IMG/VR virus record: IMGVR_UViG_3300044568_001207
Span: 1 to 24,574 of that record
From: a virus
Lineage: Duplodnaviria; Caudoviricetes
DNA: 24,574 nucleotides
Direction: 5' to 3' (one strand)
The position numbers and the translations under genes are program-made. This document shows, piece by piece, positions 6,544-14,677 of this stretch. Under the pieces are notes generated by a model. The model did not search any database. It saw only the letters and a list, made by a program, of their open reading frames with translations, and was not told where the DNA came from. How positions within the stretch are numbered: position 1 is the stretch's first letter; every line of letters begins with the position of its first letter.

Positions 6544-6619
6544 GCTCCCATCGTCTAGAGGCCTAGGACACCCGCCTTTCACGCAGGTAACACGAGTTCG
6601 AATCTCGTTGGGAGTACCA
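6544..6619 (+). tRNA. tRNA-Glu(UUC)
   Basis: Acceptor GCTCCCA/TGGGAGT, Glu-type D arm TCGTCTAGAGGCCTAGGAC, anticodon TTC 6578-6580, T arm ACGAG-TTCGAAT-CTCGT, A-CCA. Confidence 0.95.
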
Positions 6620-6621
6620 AT

Positions 6622-6629
6622 TATAAATA
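6622..6629 (+). promoter_or_regulatory. Putative T4-type late promoter TATAAATA
   Basis: Exact T4 late consensus, 5 nt upstream of ATG 6635. Confidence 0.6.
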
Positions 6630-6634
6630 TGAAT

Positions 6635-7447
6635 ATGCCAAGCCTAGATACCAGAGTAAAACTATTACAAGCATTTGTCTATGTGGGATTCGTCTACACA
6701 CTAGCATATCAGTTTGATCTAACCTTATTTTTAATCAGCTTCTTTATCATTGGTTGGTTAATGACTCTGGTAGGGGTTAGTTGTGGCTTACACAAATACA
6801 GTGCGCACGGTAACTTCAAAGAAAAGCATGTAGCATTTAAGATACTGATGTTGTTCTATGCTACAGTTATGAGTCTAGGCAGTAGTATTGCTTGGTCTAG
6901 CACACATCGTAAACATCATCAAACCAGCGATAAATTAGATGATCCACACAGTCCAAATACCAGTGGTGGTGGGTTCTGGCGCAGTATCAAGTTGTGGTTC
7001 TATTACTTCCCAACATATCATGTTAATCCACGTATAGTTAAAGACCTTAGTGTAGATCCTATACATAAATTTTTCCATAAGAATTACTTCAAAATTGTGG
7101 CCATTTACATTGTTTTATTGTCATTATTTGGCATAAAAGCGGTATGTTATTTGTACTTTGTGCCAGTGGTATATGGATTCCAAGCAACTAGTTATATCAC
7201 AGTTTTGGCACACAATACTTGGTTGGCTAAATTTGGCTATCGTAATTTCAACACTGATGATAAAAGTTTCAACAGCAAGGTAGCGGCAATATTCTGTCCA
7301 TGTGATGGTAATCATAACAATCATCATGGTTGTGCAGGTGCAGCAACTAACAGTTTGAAACCGGGTGATTGGGATACTGGTTATTGGTTTATTCGACTAA
7401 TTGGGCGTGTGCCTGATCAATCAGTGTTTAAGAAATTTAATAACTAA
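6635..7447 (+). CDS. Membrane fatty-acid (delta-9 acyl-CoA/acyl-lipid type) desaturase 1
   Basis: Three His boxes HKYSAH, HRKHH and HNNHH, plus DDPHSP and hydrophobic TM segments. Start moved from 6608 (inside tRNA-Glu) to ATG 6635; ATG 6629 is also possible. Confidence 0.88.
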   Translation: MPSLDTRVKLLQAFVYVGFVYTLAYQFDLTLFLISFFIIGWLMTLVGVSCGLHKYSAHGNFKEKHVAFKILMLFYATVMSLGSSIAWSSTHRKHHQTSDKLDDPHSPNTSGGGFWRSIKLWFYYFPTYHVNPRIVKDLSVDPIHKFFHKNYFKIVAIYIVLLSLFGIKAVCYLYFVPVVYGFQATSYITVLAHNTWLAKFGYRNFNTDDKSFNSKVAAIFCPCDGNHNNHHGCAGAATNSLKPGDWDTGYWFIRLIGRVPDQSVFKKFNN

Positions 7448-8191
7448 TCCTGTAGGATCAAATTTAGTTGCATTGAAGTCACACTGACCTGGATGTGCGT
7501 GATGGCTGTTATGTAATCCTTCCCCAGCAAATAATACTGTAAAAAGTCTACTATCCCAACTACGATCGTTGGTAACAGGATCTATTGGCCCGCTGTGTGC
7601 TATTACAGTTACCCAACTCATACCTAACACCATATAAGTTATTGGTAAGGCAACAAAATAAACAAAATACACAGGACCGCCTAGAAGTAAAACTAGTGCA
7701 GGATATACTGCCCATATCTTCCAATAGTGGTCATGACTTAATCTCATGTCCTCATCTCTGAGAATGTCTACGATCATCTTAGGGCTGGCACTCATCTTAG
7801 GGAAATGATACCAAAACAATTTGAAATTGTGCCAGAAATTATCAGTCAGTTTGAACGGATCCTGATCAGTGTCGCTGTGTACGTGATGTTGTCGATGTGC
7901 AGAGGCAAATCCAGGTACACTACCCAAGGTGCATTGTACACCCAACCATAACAATATCCATTTAATCACACGATTTTTTGGTTCAAAGCTACGATGACAA
8001 GTCCAACGGTGTAGACTCACACTACCACCAACGCAGAATAATAACCAACTAACGGCTAGTCCAGAAAATAACAAACTCCAATCAAATGCAACAATTAGTC
8101 CTGCGATAACTAGGGCGTGCATGACAGATTGTACAAATAAAACCTGTGAATATGTTGACGAATTTTTAATAGTTCTGTATAATGTAAGCAT
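7421..8191 (-). CDS. Membrane fatty-acid desaturase 2
   Basis: His boxes HRWTCH, HRQHH and GEGLHNSHH, plus HSDTDQDP and FDPTG. Start placed at ATG 8191 (MLTLYR...) because TAAATA lies 5 nt upstream; the track start at 8218 is possible. Confidence 0.88.
   Translation of the reverse strand: MLTLYRTIKNSSTYSQVLFVQSVMHALVIAGLIVAFDWSLLFSGLAVSWLLFCVGGSVSLHRWTCHRSFEPKNRVIKWILLWLGVQCTLGSVPGFASAHRQHHVHSDTDQDPFKLTDNFWHNFKLFWYHFPKMSASPKMIVDILRDEDMRLSHDHYWKIWAVYPALVLLLGGPVYFVYFVALPITYMVLGMSWVTVIAHSGPIDPVTNDRSWDSRLFTVLFAGEGLHNSHHAHPGQCDFNATKFDPTGLVIKFLKH
8155..8183 (+). promoter_or_regulatory. Sigma70-type promoter for the 8219 gene, lying inside the 5' end of desaturase 2
   Basis: TTGACG (8155-8160), 17-nt spacer, TATAAT (8178-8183). 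Confidence 0.7.
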
Positions 8192-8196
8192 AACTA

Positions 8197-8202
8197 TATT
8201 TA
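8197..8202 (-). promoter_or_regulatory. Putative late promoter core TAAATA for desaturase 2
   Basis: The minus strand reads TAAATA-TAGTT-ATG, the same 5-nt spacing seen at 6635 and 22240. Confidence 0.45.
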
Positions 8203-8218
8203 CGTTAAACGGAACCAT

Positions 8219-8932
8219 ATGTCAAACTTTAATCAACCATTGGTAATAATAGGCGCTAGGCAGACCTGGGACTTTATTACAGATACCTGCGAACAATTAA
8301 ATATTCCGGTATTGGGCTTTGTTGATCAGTATTATGCGGGCCGGGTTGAAGAATTAAACGGACTGGCTTGTTTGGGCAGTGAGTTAGATCTTGTTGATAA
8401 TCCTAAAAAGTTTGGTGATGCCAAGTTTTTTGTAGGCAGTTTCTGGGATGGCAACAGTAACATTGAAACTGATGTACTCAGCGGATATCAACTACGCTTA
8501 AATCGTATTAAATTCATTGATGATAACAAACTTGACTGCTATACACTAATAGATCCTCGCAGTATGTTAAGCAAAAACATAGAAGTTGGTGCTGGGACTT
8601 ATATTGGGCGCCAGGTAAACATACGTGCAGGTGCTAGGATTGGACGACATTGTACAATCACTGACGCCAGTGGATTTGCTAATGATGTTACCCTTGGTGA
8701 CAACTGTGTACTCAGTGCAGGTGTTTATCTAATGAGCAACGTCATACTTGGTAACAATGTTTATGTTGGTACTAGAGCCACAGTGTTTAATGGACACAGT
8801 AGCAAACAGTCACATGTAACCATTGGTGATGATTGCAAAATACATGCTACTGCTACAGTTTCCAAAGACATGGAACCGGGTACCACAGCCGTCTACAACG
8901 GTCGTATTCTAAAAAGAACAGACGTAGAATGA
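8219..8932 (+). CDS. NeuD/PglD-like sugar acetyltransferase (left-handed beta-helix)
   Basis: N-terminal LVIIGA...GFVD domain, TLIDP, and hexapeptide repeats (VGAGTYIG, IGRHCTI, LGDNCVL, LGNNVYVG, IGDDCKI). Confidence 0.85.
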   Translation: MSNFNQPLVIIGARQTWDFITDTCEQLNIPVLGFVDQYYAGRVEELNGLACLGSELDLVDNPKKFGDAKFFVGSFWDGNSNIETDVLSGYQLRLNRIKFIDDNKLDCYTLIDPRSMLSKNIEVGAGTYIGRQVNIRAGARIGRHCTITDASGFANDVTLGDNCVLSAGVYLMSNVILGNNVYVGTRATVFNGHSSKQSHVTIGDDCKIHATATVSKDMEPGTTAVYNGRILKRTDVE

Positions 8933-9729
8933 TCACACGTATCATGTGTGTAGGTCCGGGTAGAATCAATGAAGCCATGGCTACATTAAGTTTTGACCAC
9001 AGGATATTTCCACAGTGCGATCGCACGATTATCATCAGTCCTTATAGCCAACTGCAATTTCAAGAGCTATTCTTAGAATTTAATCTAAACATCACCAACT
9101 TTACTTTTTTAGATGATGAGTACTTTGGTAAACATTATGATCTAAGTCGTTGGTCACATAATAATTGGTATAAACAACAAGCATTCAAACTCTGCGCACT
9201 AGATCATTTTAGCAGTGAATATTTTTTAATACAAGACTGTGATTTAATTTTACTTAAATCTTATAGCATGATAGTCAGTGGAGAATTAAACTTCAAAGCT
9301 GAAGATCTTTGGAATGAGTATCAGCATTTATATGGCACTATGATTGAAAAAATCCTAGGTATATCACGCAAACACTCTGTTAGTCTAGTCAATGAATTAA
9401 TGCCCTATACCAAACAAGATTGGCTTGAGTTAAAATCATATATAGAACAACGACACGGCTGTAATTTTTTAGATGCCATAGCAAATACACAAGAATTTGA
9501 TAGTACAAGTTGGTTCAGTGAGTATGAATTATTAGGTATTTGGAAAACAAATCAAACGGGTTGGCAGTATTTTAGTAATCCTAGCCAACCAAAAGTTGAA
9601 ACCTGGGAGGAGTTTTTTGCGATAGATTGGTCGCAGTATCATTCGGTGAAATTCCATGCTCCACCGTTAAAAAATATGGATATAAATCAGGCAAAACACG
9701 TGATAAAATTTTTACGTGATGTTGCATAA
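8929..9729 (+). CDS. Putative GT-A-fold glycosyl/phosphotransferase-like protein (DUF6492-like)
   Basis: WYKQQAFKL, FLIQDCD (DxD) and FSEYELLG motifs. Start moved to ATG 8929 (ATGA overlap with the upstream stop). Confidence 0.6.
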   Translation: MITRIMCVGPGRINEAMATLSFDHRIFPQCDRTIIISPYSQLQFQELFLEFNLNITNFTFLDDEYFGKHYDLSRWSHNNWYKQQAFKLCALDHFSSEYFLIQDCDLILLKSYSMIVSGELNFKAEDLWNEYQHLYGTMIEKILGISRKHSVSLVNELMPYTKQDWLELKSYIEQRHGCNFLDAIANTQEFDSTSWFSEYELLGIWKTNQTGWQYFSNPSQPKVETWEEFFAIDWSQYHSVKFHAPPLKNMDINQAKHVIKFLRDVA

Positions 9730-9750
9730 AGTTAAATAGTAGTATATAAT
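9722..9750 (+). promoter_or_regulatory. Sigma70-type promoter with a nested TAAATA late-type core
   Basis: TTGCAT (9722-9727), 17-nt spacer, TATAAT (9745-9750). TAAATA at 9733-9738. GAGG SD before ATG 9771. Confidence 0.65.
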
Positions 9751-9770
9751 TATCTACATAAGAGGCCGCT

Positions 9771-10241
9771 ATGACTGTAGAATTCCGTAATATTGAAGAT
9801 TGTCACGTAGTACATAAACCCTGGGGTATTGAAACTTGGTTACAGGGTGGTTCAGATGTTTATCCATTTGCGCTTAAAGAATTAATACTAAAAGCAGGGT
9901 TCGTAACCAGCTTACAAGTACATCAATTCAAATCAGAAAGTATTCATTTACACATTGGTAATGGTGCATTGGCATATCATCCAGAACCATTTGACTGTGA
10001 ACGTTACCTTGCTGGTGGATACACCACAGAAGAAATTGATAAAATTAAAAGTGAACTAATAATTCAACCCTTAGGCCCAGGTGCTGTATTCCATACACCT
10101 CCAAGAACTATTCATCGTATGATTGCTTATACAGATTTGCATTATACAGAAGCCAGCACTACTCAATTAGATGACGTTATACGTCTTGAAGACTCTGCTA
10201 ACAGAGGACATGGAAGAATCGATGCCGAACACCAACAATAA
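9771..10241 (+). CDS. Cupin protein, mannose-6-phosphate-isomerase-like
   Basis: KPWGxExW, TSLQVHQFKSE, PPRTIHRM and EASTTQLDDVIRLED motifs. Confidence 0.8.
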   Translation: MTVEFRNIEDCHVVHKPWGIETWLQGGSDVYPFALKELILKAGFVTSLQVHQFKSESIHLHIGNGALAYHPEPFDCERYLAGGYTTEEIDKIKSELIIQPLGPGAVFHTPPRTIHRMIAYTDLHYTEASTTQLDDVIRLEDSANRGHGRIDAEHQQ

Positions 10242-11826
10242 ACTCACAGTACTAATTTTAGCTGCGGGCTATGGACGCAGAATGGGTCCATTTAGTCGTA
10301 TGGTACCTAAAGCACTTATTCCCTATGACAACAAACCTTTGATCAGTCACATCATGGAAAAGTTTGATCAAGGCACACGTTTTGTTGTTGCCTGCGGCCA
10401 CATGGGGCAGTATATTAAAGATTACGTAGGGGTAGTACACAGTGATAAAGATGTAGTATTCGTAGACATTCCTAACTATGCAGAAGGTGATACAGGGCCA
10501 GCAACTAGTATACAGGCCTGTGCCAAATACCTACATGGCGGATTTATGTGGTTAGCCTGTGACACATTATTTGACTTTGAATACAGAGATAAACTTGATC
10601 ACAACTGGATTGGAGTACATCCAGTAGACAGTGCCATTGCACAAGATTACTGTTGGATTGAACGTGAAGCTGATAAGATTATCAGTGTAAAGAATAAACT
10701 GCCTAGCAAGACCGCAGTTGATGCGTTTATTGGGTTGATGTATGCCTGCGATGATAGATATCTTAACAATCTAATCGCTCAGAAAGCCAAAGAAACTCCT
10801 GAAGGATTTAGCGGATTAGGGTTGAAAGCACACACAGTGCGCGGTTGGAAAGACTTTGGCACTTATGAAAAATGGGAAGAACTATCAAGTGAATTTACAG
10901 ATGTAAGTTTTCCTAAACCAGATGAACTGTTCTACAACGATAACAAGAAGATTATTAAGTTTTGGACTAATCCTAAGCAGGCAGAAATGCGTGTCAAGCG
11001 TGCTAATTGTAATCCAGAGGCCATGCCCAGTAACGTAGAACAATCAGGCAACTTCTTGATACATGACTTTGCCAAGGGTGATATTGTTTATAATCAATAC
11101 TCACCAGAAGTGTTTGAAAAAATGCTTGAATGGTGTGAGTCAACATTATGGAAACCTGCTCCATCTGAAAACGATGCTGATATCGATCATCTTACTATCT
11201 GTAACAAGTTCTACTACGAAAAGACCATAGAACGTGTAGAAATGTTCCGCGCCAAATATGCTAACTGGTCAGAGCCGTGTGTGGTCAATGGAGTTGAAGT
11301 AGATACTATTGACACATACCTAAGCAAGATTGACTTTACTTGGTTAACAACAGAAACGTCATGGAAGTTCATCCACGGTGACCTACACTTTGACAATACC
11401 ATTTACCAACATGGGCAATACCTAGGTTCATTGGACCTATACCAACAAGACAAAGAAACATATAAAGACAAGTTTACTGCTATCGATTGGCGCACTGACT
11501 TTGGTGGTGCACTATATGGTGACCAGTATTATGATCTAGCTAAGATGCTAGGTGGCTTACATTTGAGTTATAAAGATATCAAACATGAACGTTATAGCTA
11601 TACAGAACGCAACGATTATGCTACACTAGAAATTCCTAGTGTAAAAGATGTACAAGTATATGAAGATATACTACAACGTTGGGTGGTTAAACAAGGATTA
11701 GAATGGAAGAAAGTTAAGACCTTAGTACCAATCATCTACTTGAACATGAGTCCTTTACATGAAGCACCATTTGACAAGTTTTTGATAGCTCTAGCACAGT
11801 TACACTTTAACAAGGTGCTTGGATAA
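10222..11826 (+). CDS. Sugar-phosphate nucleotidyltransferase fused to an APH/choline-kinase-like phosphotransferase
   Basis: N-terminal LILAAGYGRRM...PKALI, ACD and WKDFGT. C-terminal HGDLHFDN, IDWR and GDQYYDLAK. Start taken as ATG 10222 (MPNTNNK). Confidence 0.85.
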   Translation: MPNTNNKLTVLILAAGYGRRMGPFSRMVPKALIPYDNKPLISHIMEKFDQGTRFVVACGHMGQYIKDYVGVVHSDKDVVFVDIPNYAEGDTGPATSIQACAKYLHGGFMWLACDTLFDFEYRDKLDHNWIGVHPVDSAIAQDYCWIEREADKIISVKNKLPSKTAVDAFIGLMYACDDRYLNNLIAQKAKETPEGFSGLGLKAHTVRGWKDFGTYEKWEELSSEFTDVSFPKPDELFYNDNKKIIKFWTNPKQAEMRVKRANCNPEAMPSNVEQSGNFLIHDFAKGDIVYNQYSPEVFEKMLEWCESTLWKPAPSENDADIDHLTICNKFYYEKTIERVEMFRAKYANWSEPCVVNGVEVDTIDTYLSKIDFTWLTTETSWKFIHGDLHFDNTIYQHGQYLGSLDLYQQDKETYKDKFTAIDWRTDFGGALYGDQYYDLAKMLGGLHLSYKDIKHERYSYTERNDYATLEIPSVKDVQVYEDILQRWVVKQGLEWKKVKTLVPIIYLNMSPLHEAPFDKFLIALAQLHFNKVLG

Positions 11827-12296
11827 TGTATAAACGTTTTATCATGGATGTAGATGGTGTATTAAATGATGGCATGCTCTATTGGGGTGTTGATGGGAAA
11901 CCATTCAAGGCCTTTGGTAATTATGACCACGACGGATTAAAACTCCTACGCAGTCATCTAGACATTGAGTTTGTCTCAGCTGACGAAAATGGATTTGGTA
12001 TTACGTATAATCGTATCTATGAACACATGAAGTTTCCTTTGACCATGGTTAAAGAAAAGGATCGCTTAAACTTTGTCTTAGGCAAGGGCAACCCAGCAGA
12101 AACAATTTTCATGGGTGATGGCCCTTTTGATGCTAAGATCATGCCACATGTAGGATTAAGTTTTGCTCCGGCACAGGCCTGGAGAACAGCAAAAGAAGCC
12201 GCAACCTATGTTACAGAACGTGAAGGTGGCAAGGGTGCTGTTATGGACGCTTGTATTATTATTATGGATAAAATGGGAATAGAACATGGATTTTAG
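11826..12296 (+). CDS. HAD-superfamily phosphatase, KdsC/YrbI-like
   Basis: MDVDGVLNDG, DHDGL, FMGDGPFD and GGKGAV motifs. TAATG overlap with the upstream stop. Confidence 0.85.
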   Translation: MYKRFIMDVDGVLNDGMLYWGVDGKPFKAFGNYDHDGLKLLRSHLDIEFVSADENGFGITYNRIYEHMKFPLTMVKEKDRLNFVLGKGNPAETIFMGDGPFDAKIMPHVGLSFAPAQAWRTAKEAATYVTEREGGKGAVMDACIIIMDKMGIEHGF

Positions 12297-13266
12297 ACTA
12301 GGTTTTGGGCCAATGAGCCGCGAAGTTATTAATATATTAGCAAATTATAGCCACGATAAACAACGACCATTGATGATCATTGCTAGTCGCAATCAAGTTG
12401 ATGCTGAAAGTGGTTATGTGATGACCACACCTGAGATTCGTAAACAATTATCCACACTACCTACAGATTATCTTTGGATGTGTCGTGATCATTGTGGTCC
12501 ATATTTCTTAGATGCTGAAAAGAATTTAAGTTTACGTGATGCTGTAGAAGCGACTAAGAAAACTATCGCTTATGACATTGAACAAGGCTTTAACTTGATC
12601 CATATTGATACTAGCCGTGTTGATGATACCTACGGTATTGCAGAAGAGTTATTTAACTTCTGTCTAGAACTTAATCCAAAGATTAACTTTGAATTTGGCA
12701 CTGAAGAAAATGTAGGTGTTGCGGCAGGTGCTGTCAAATATAAAAATGATGTAGCATTTGCTAAAAATATTCATAACATTCAATTTGTTGTAGCACAAAC
12801 AGGTAGCCTATGTTATGAAGATCATCAGGCTGGTGGGTTTGAAACTGAAACAGTTAAAGAACTAGTAGCAGTAGCAAACGCCAATGGTGTTAAGATGAAA
12901 GAACATAATGCCGATTATCTGACCGCAGAACAAATCCAATTGCGTAAAGCTACGGGGGTACATGCTCTTAATATTGCTCCACAACTAGGTGTAGTACAAA
13001 CTAAGTTATTAAGAATGCTATCAGGCAAATACAATCTAACTAAAGAATGGCAAGCGTTTGGTCAAGTTGTTCTTAACAGTGGGCGTTGGAAGAAATGGAC
13101 CAACAGCGATGAAAATGATCAAAAGATCGTTGTTGCTGGACATTACTGCTTTACCAGTCCTGAATATCGTACATTGATCAATGCTATCAACGAAACAGAT
13201 TGGAACGCGGCATTAGTTGACGAAATGTACGCAGTCTTGGATAACTACACAGAAAATCTACTATAA
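12286..13266 (+). CDS. GatZ/KbaZ-like TIM-barrel ketose-phosphate aldolase/epimerase
   Basis: IASRNQVD, RDHCGP, IHIDTS, EFGTEE, KEHNADY and NIAPQLG motifs resembling the tagatose-phosphate GatZ/KbaZ family. Confidence 0.72.
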   Translation: MDFRLGFGPMSREVINILANYSHDKQRPLMIIASRNQVDAESGYVMTTPEIRKQLSTLPTDYLWMCRDHCGPYFLDAEKNLSLRDAVEATKKTIAYDIEQGFNLIHIDTSRVDDTYGIAEELFNFCLELNPKINFEFGTEENVGVAAGAVKYKNDVAFAKNIHNIQFVVAQTGSLCYEDHQAGGFETETVKELVAVANANGVKMKEHNADYLTAEQIQLRKATGVHALNIAPQLGVVQTKLLRMLSGKYNLTKEWQAFGQVVLNSGRWKKWTNSDENDQKIVVAGHYCFTSPEYRTLINAINETDWNAALVDEMYAVLDNYTENLL

Positions 13267-14354
13267 TGATTGTTTTATTCAATGTAAAGATCACTGATGT
13301 CCGTATGGGTTTTCCTTATACCCGCGGCGTCTGGATGCCAAATCCTGAACGCTTTGATATCTTTAAGTATTGCCTCGCCAGTACAGCAGTGTTAGAACCC
13401 TTGGTCAGTAAGTTTGTATTTTGTATCACGCTAGCCCCTGAGCTAGCACACAGACAAGCTGAACTAGATGAATACATACATGGACTGTTTCCTTCCGACA
13501 AATTAGATCTAACCTGGGCACGCAATGACTACGGTAGCGATTGGCGCAAGACCTGTGATCGTGTACTAATAGACCCCAATGAAATAGTTTGGTTGGCCTG
13601 TAATGATGATCACATCTTTATCGATAATAGTATTGACATGGTAGCTAGTGCTATCGATACTCTTAAAGCAGACACTGATCCAAATGCTGTGATGTATTAC
13701 AGCCATTGGCCAGAACAAATGCGTGTAAGTCGTCATTTCAAAGGTGAACTTACCTCAGATGGTAACTTTATCAAGTATAATTGGGAAACCTACGATGGCA
13801 TCATGATGCTCAAAGCAGGTAGACTAAGCAAGTATTGGGAACGTGACTACGGCGATACATTAATGTTCAAAGTAGATTATCTAGGTGCGCATCACGGGTA
13901 TGTGTGTCCTGGTCCAATCTATGCTCCAACTAGAGAACTAGTACGACACTATGAAGGTTACAGTCACGTAGGTAGTTATGTAGCAAATATATCTCCCCCG
14001 TTATTTGTACCTCCGGGCTTCTTTGAAGGCGACATGCACATACGTATTGGTTACACTGACCGTCGCAATGACTACACTAATTTTAATCCTATCAGTGAAT
14101 GGCTTTACAATTTTAATCCTGCTGGTACTGACTATCGTTGGTTGTCAGAAGACATTCCGTTATTTTGGCAAGACCGCGTTGAGAATGTAGAATTTGCACC
14201 AGATTTTAACAAAGAACTAATGTACCAAGCACGAGATGCTGCATTTTTAGCCGCAACACGTGTACCAATGAAGTGTTTTGATATCATATTCACACACGAA
14301 AACCCAGCACCAAAAGAGTGGTTTACAAAACATTTATTAACTGCTAAACTGTAA
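13266..14354 (+). CDS. Hypothetical protein, possibly glycosyltransferase-like
   Basis: 362-aa ORF coupled by TAATG. VWLACNDDHIFID resembles a GT-A acidic motif, and it sits in a sugar operon. Confidence 0.6.
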   Translation: MIVLFNVKITDVRMGFPYTRGVWMPNPERFDIFKYCLASTAVLEPLVSKFVFCITLAPELAHRQAELDEYIHGLFPSDKLDLTWARNDYGSDWRKTCDRVLIDPNEIVWLACNDDHIFIDNSIDMVASAIDTLKADTDPNAVMYYSHWPEQMRVSRHFKGELTSDGNFIKYNWETYDGIMMLKAGRLSKYWERDYGDTLMFKVDYLGAHHGYVCPGPIYAPTRELVRHYEGYSHVGSYVANISPPLFVPPGFFEGDMHIRIGYTDRRNDYTNFNPISEWLYNFNPAGTDYRWLSEDIPLFWQDRVENVEFAPDFNKELMYQARDAAFLAATRVPMKCFDIIFTHENPAPKEWFTKHLLTAKL

Positions 14355-14360
14355 GATATT

Positions 14361-14445
14361 GCCCAGGTGGTGGAATTGGTAGACACCCCGGTCTTAGAAG
14401 CCGGTGTCGAAAGGCGTGAGAGTTCGAGTCTCTCCTTGGGCACCA
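14361..14445 (+). tRNA. tRNA-Leu(UAG)
   Basis: Acceptor GCCCAGG/CTTGGGC, D loop GAATTGGTAGA, anticodon TAG 14395-14397, long variable arm, T arm GAGAG-TTCGAGT-CTCTC, A-CCA. Confidence 0.96.
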
Positions 14446-14467
14446 AATAACATAAAAGGAAAATATA

Positions 14468-14677
14468 ATGGCTAAAACTAATGCAAGTTTCAATATGTCA
14501 AGAGTAACAAAATACAAACTAGCTGGTTACACTGATCCAGTAGCACGTAATCTTTATAAAAAGATGATGATTGATGCTGAAGCAGCATTGGTAGCCGCAA
14601 AAAATCGTAAGTTCAGTGATCCAGCACAAGCACAAAAAGGTGGAAACCGTCCACAACCTACAGAACCACAAGCATAA
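14468..14677 (+). CDS. Small basic hypothetical protein (69 aa)
   Basis: AAGGA SD upstream, phage-like codon usage, TAATG coupling to the next gene. Confidence 0.75.
   Translation: MAKTNASFNMSRVTKYKLAGYTDPVARNLYKKMMIDAEAALVAAKNRKFSDPAQAQKGGNRPQPTEPQA

Noticed and set aside
5102-6640. tRNA-associated HDV-like (theta) ribozymes or tRNA introns
   Set aside because: Sequences after each encoded CCA are short AT-rich spacers without the nested pseudoknot, and all anticodon loops are contiguous 7-mers.
14132-14446. 104-aa minus-strand ORF
   Set aside because: It is the antisense shadow of tRNA-Leu and the 13266 gene.
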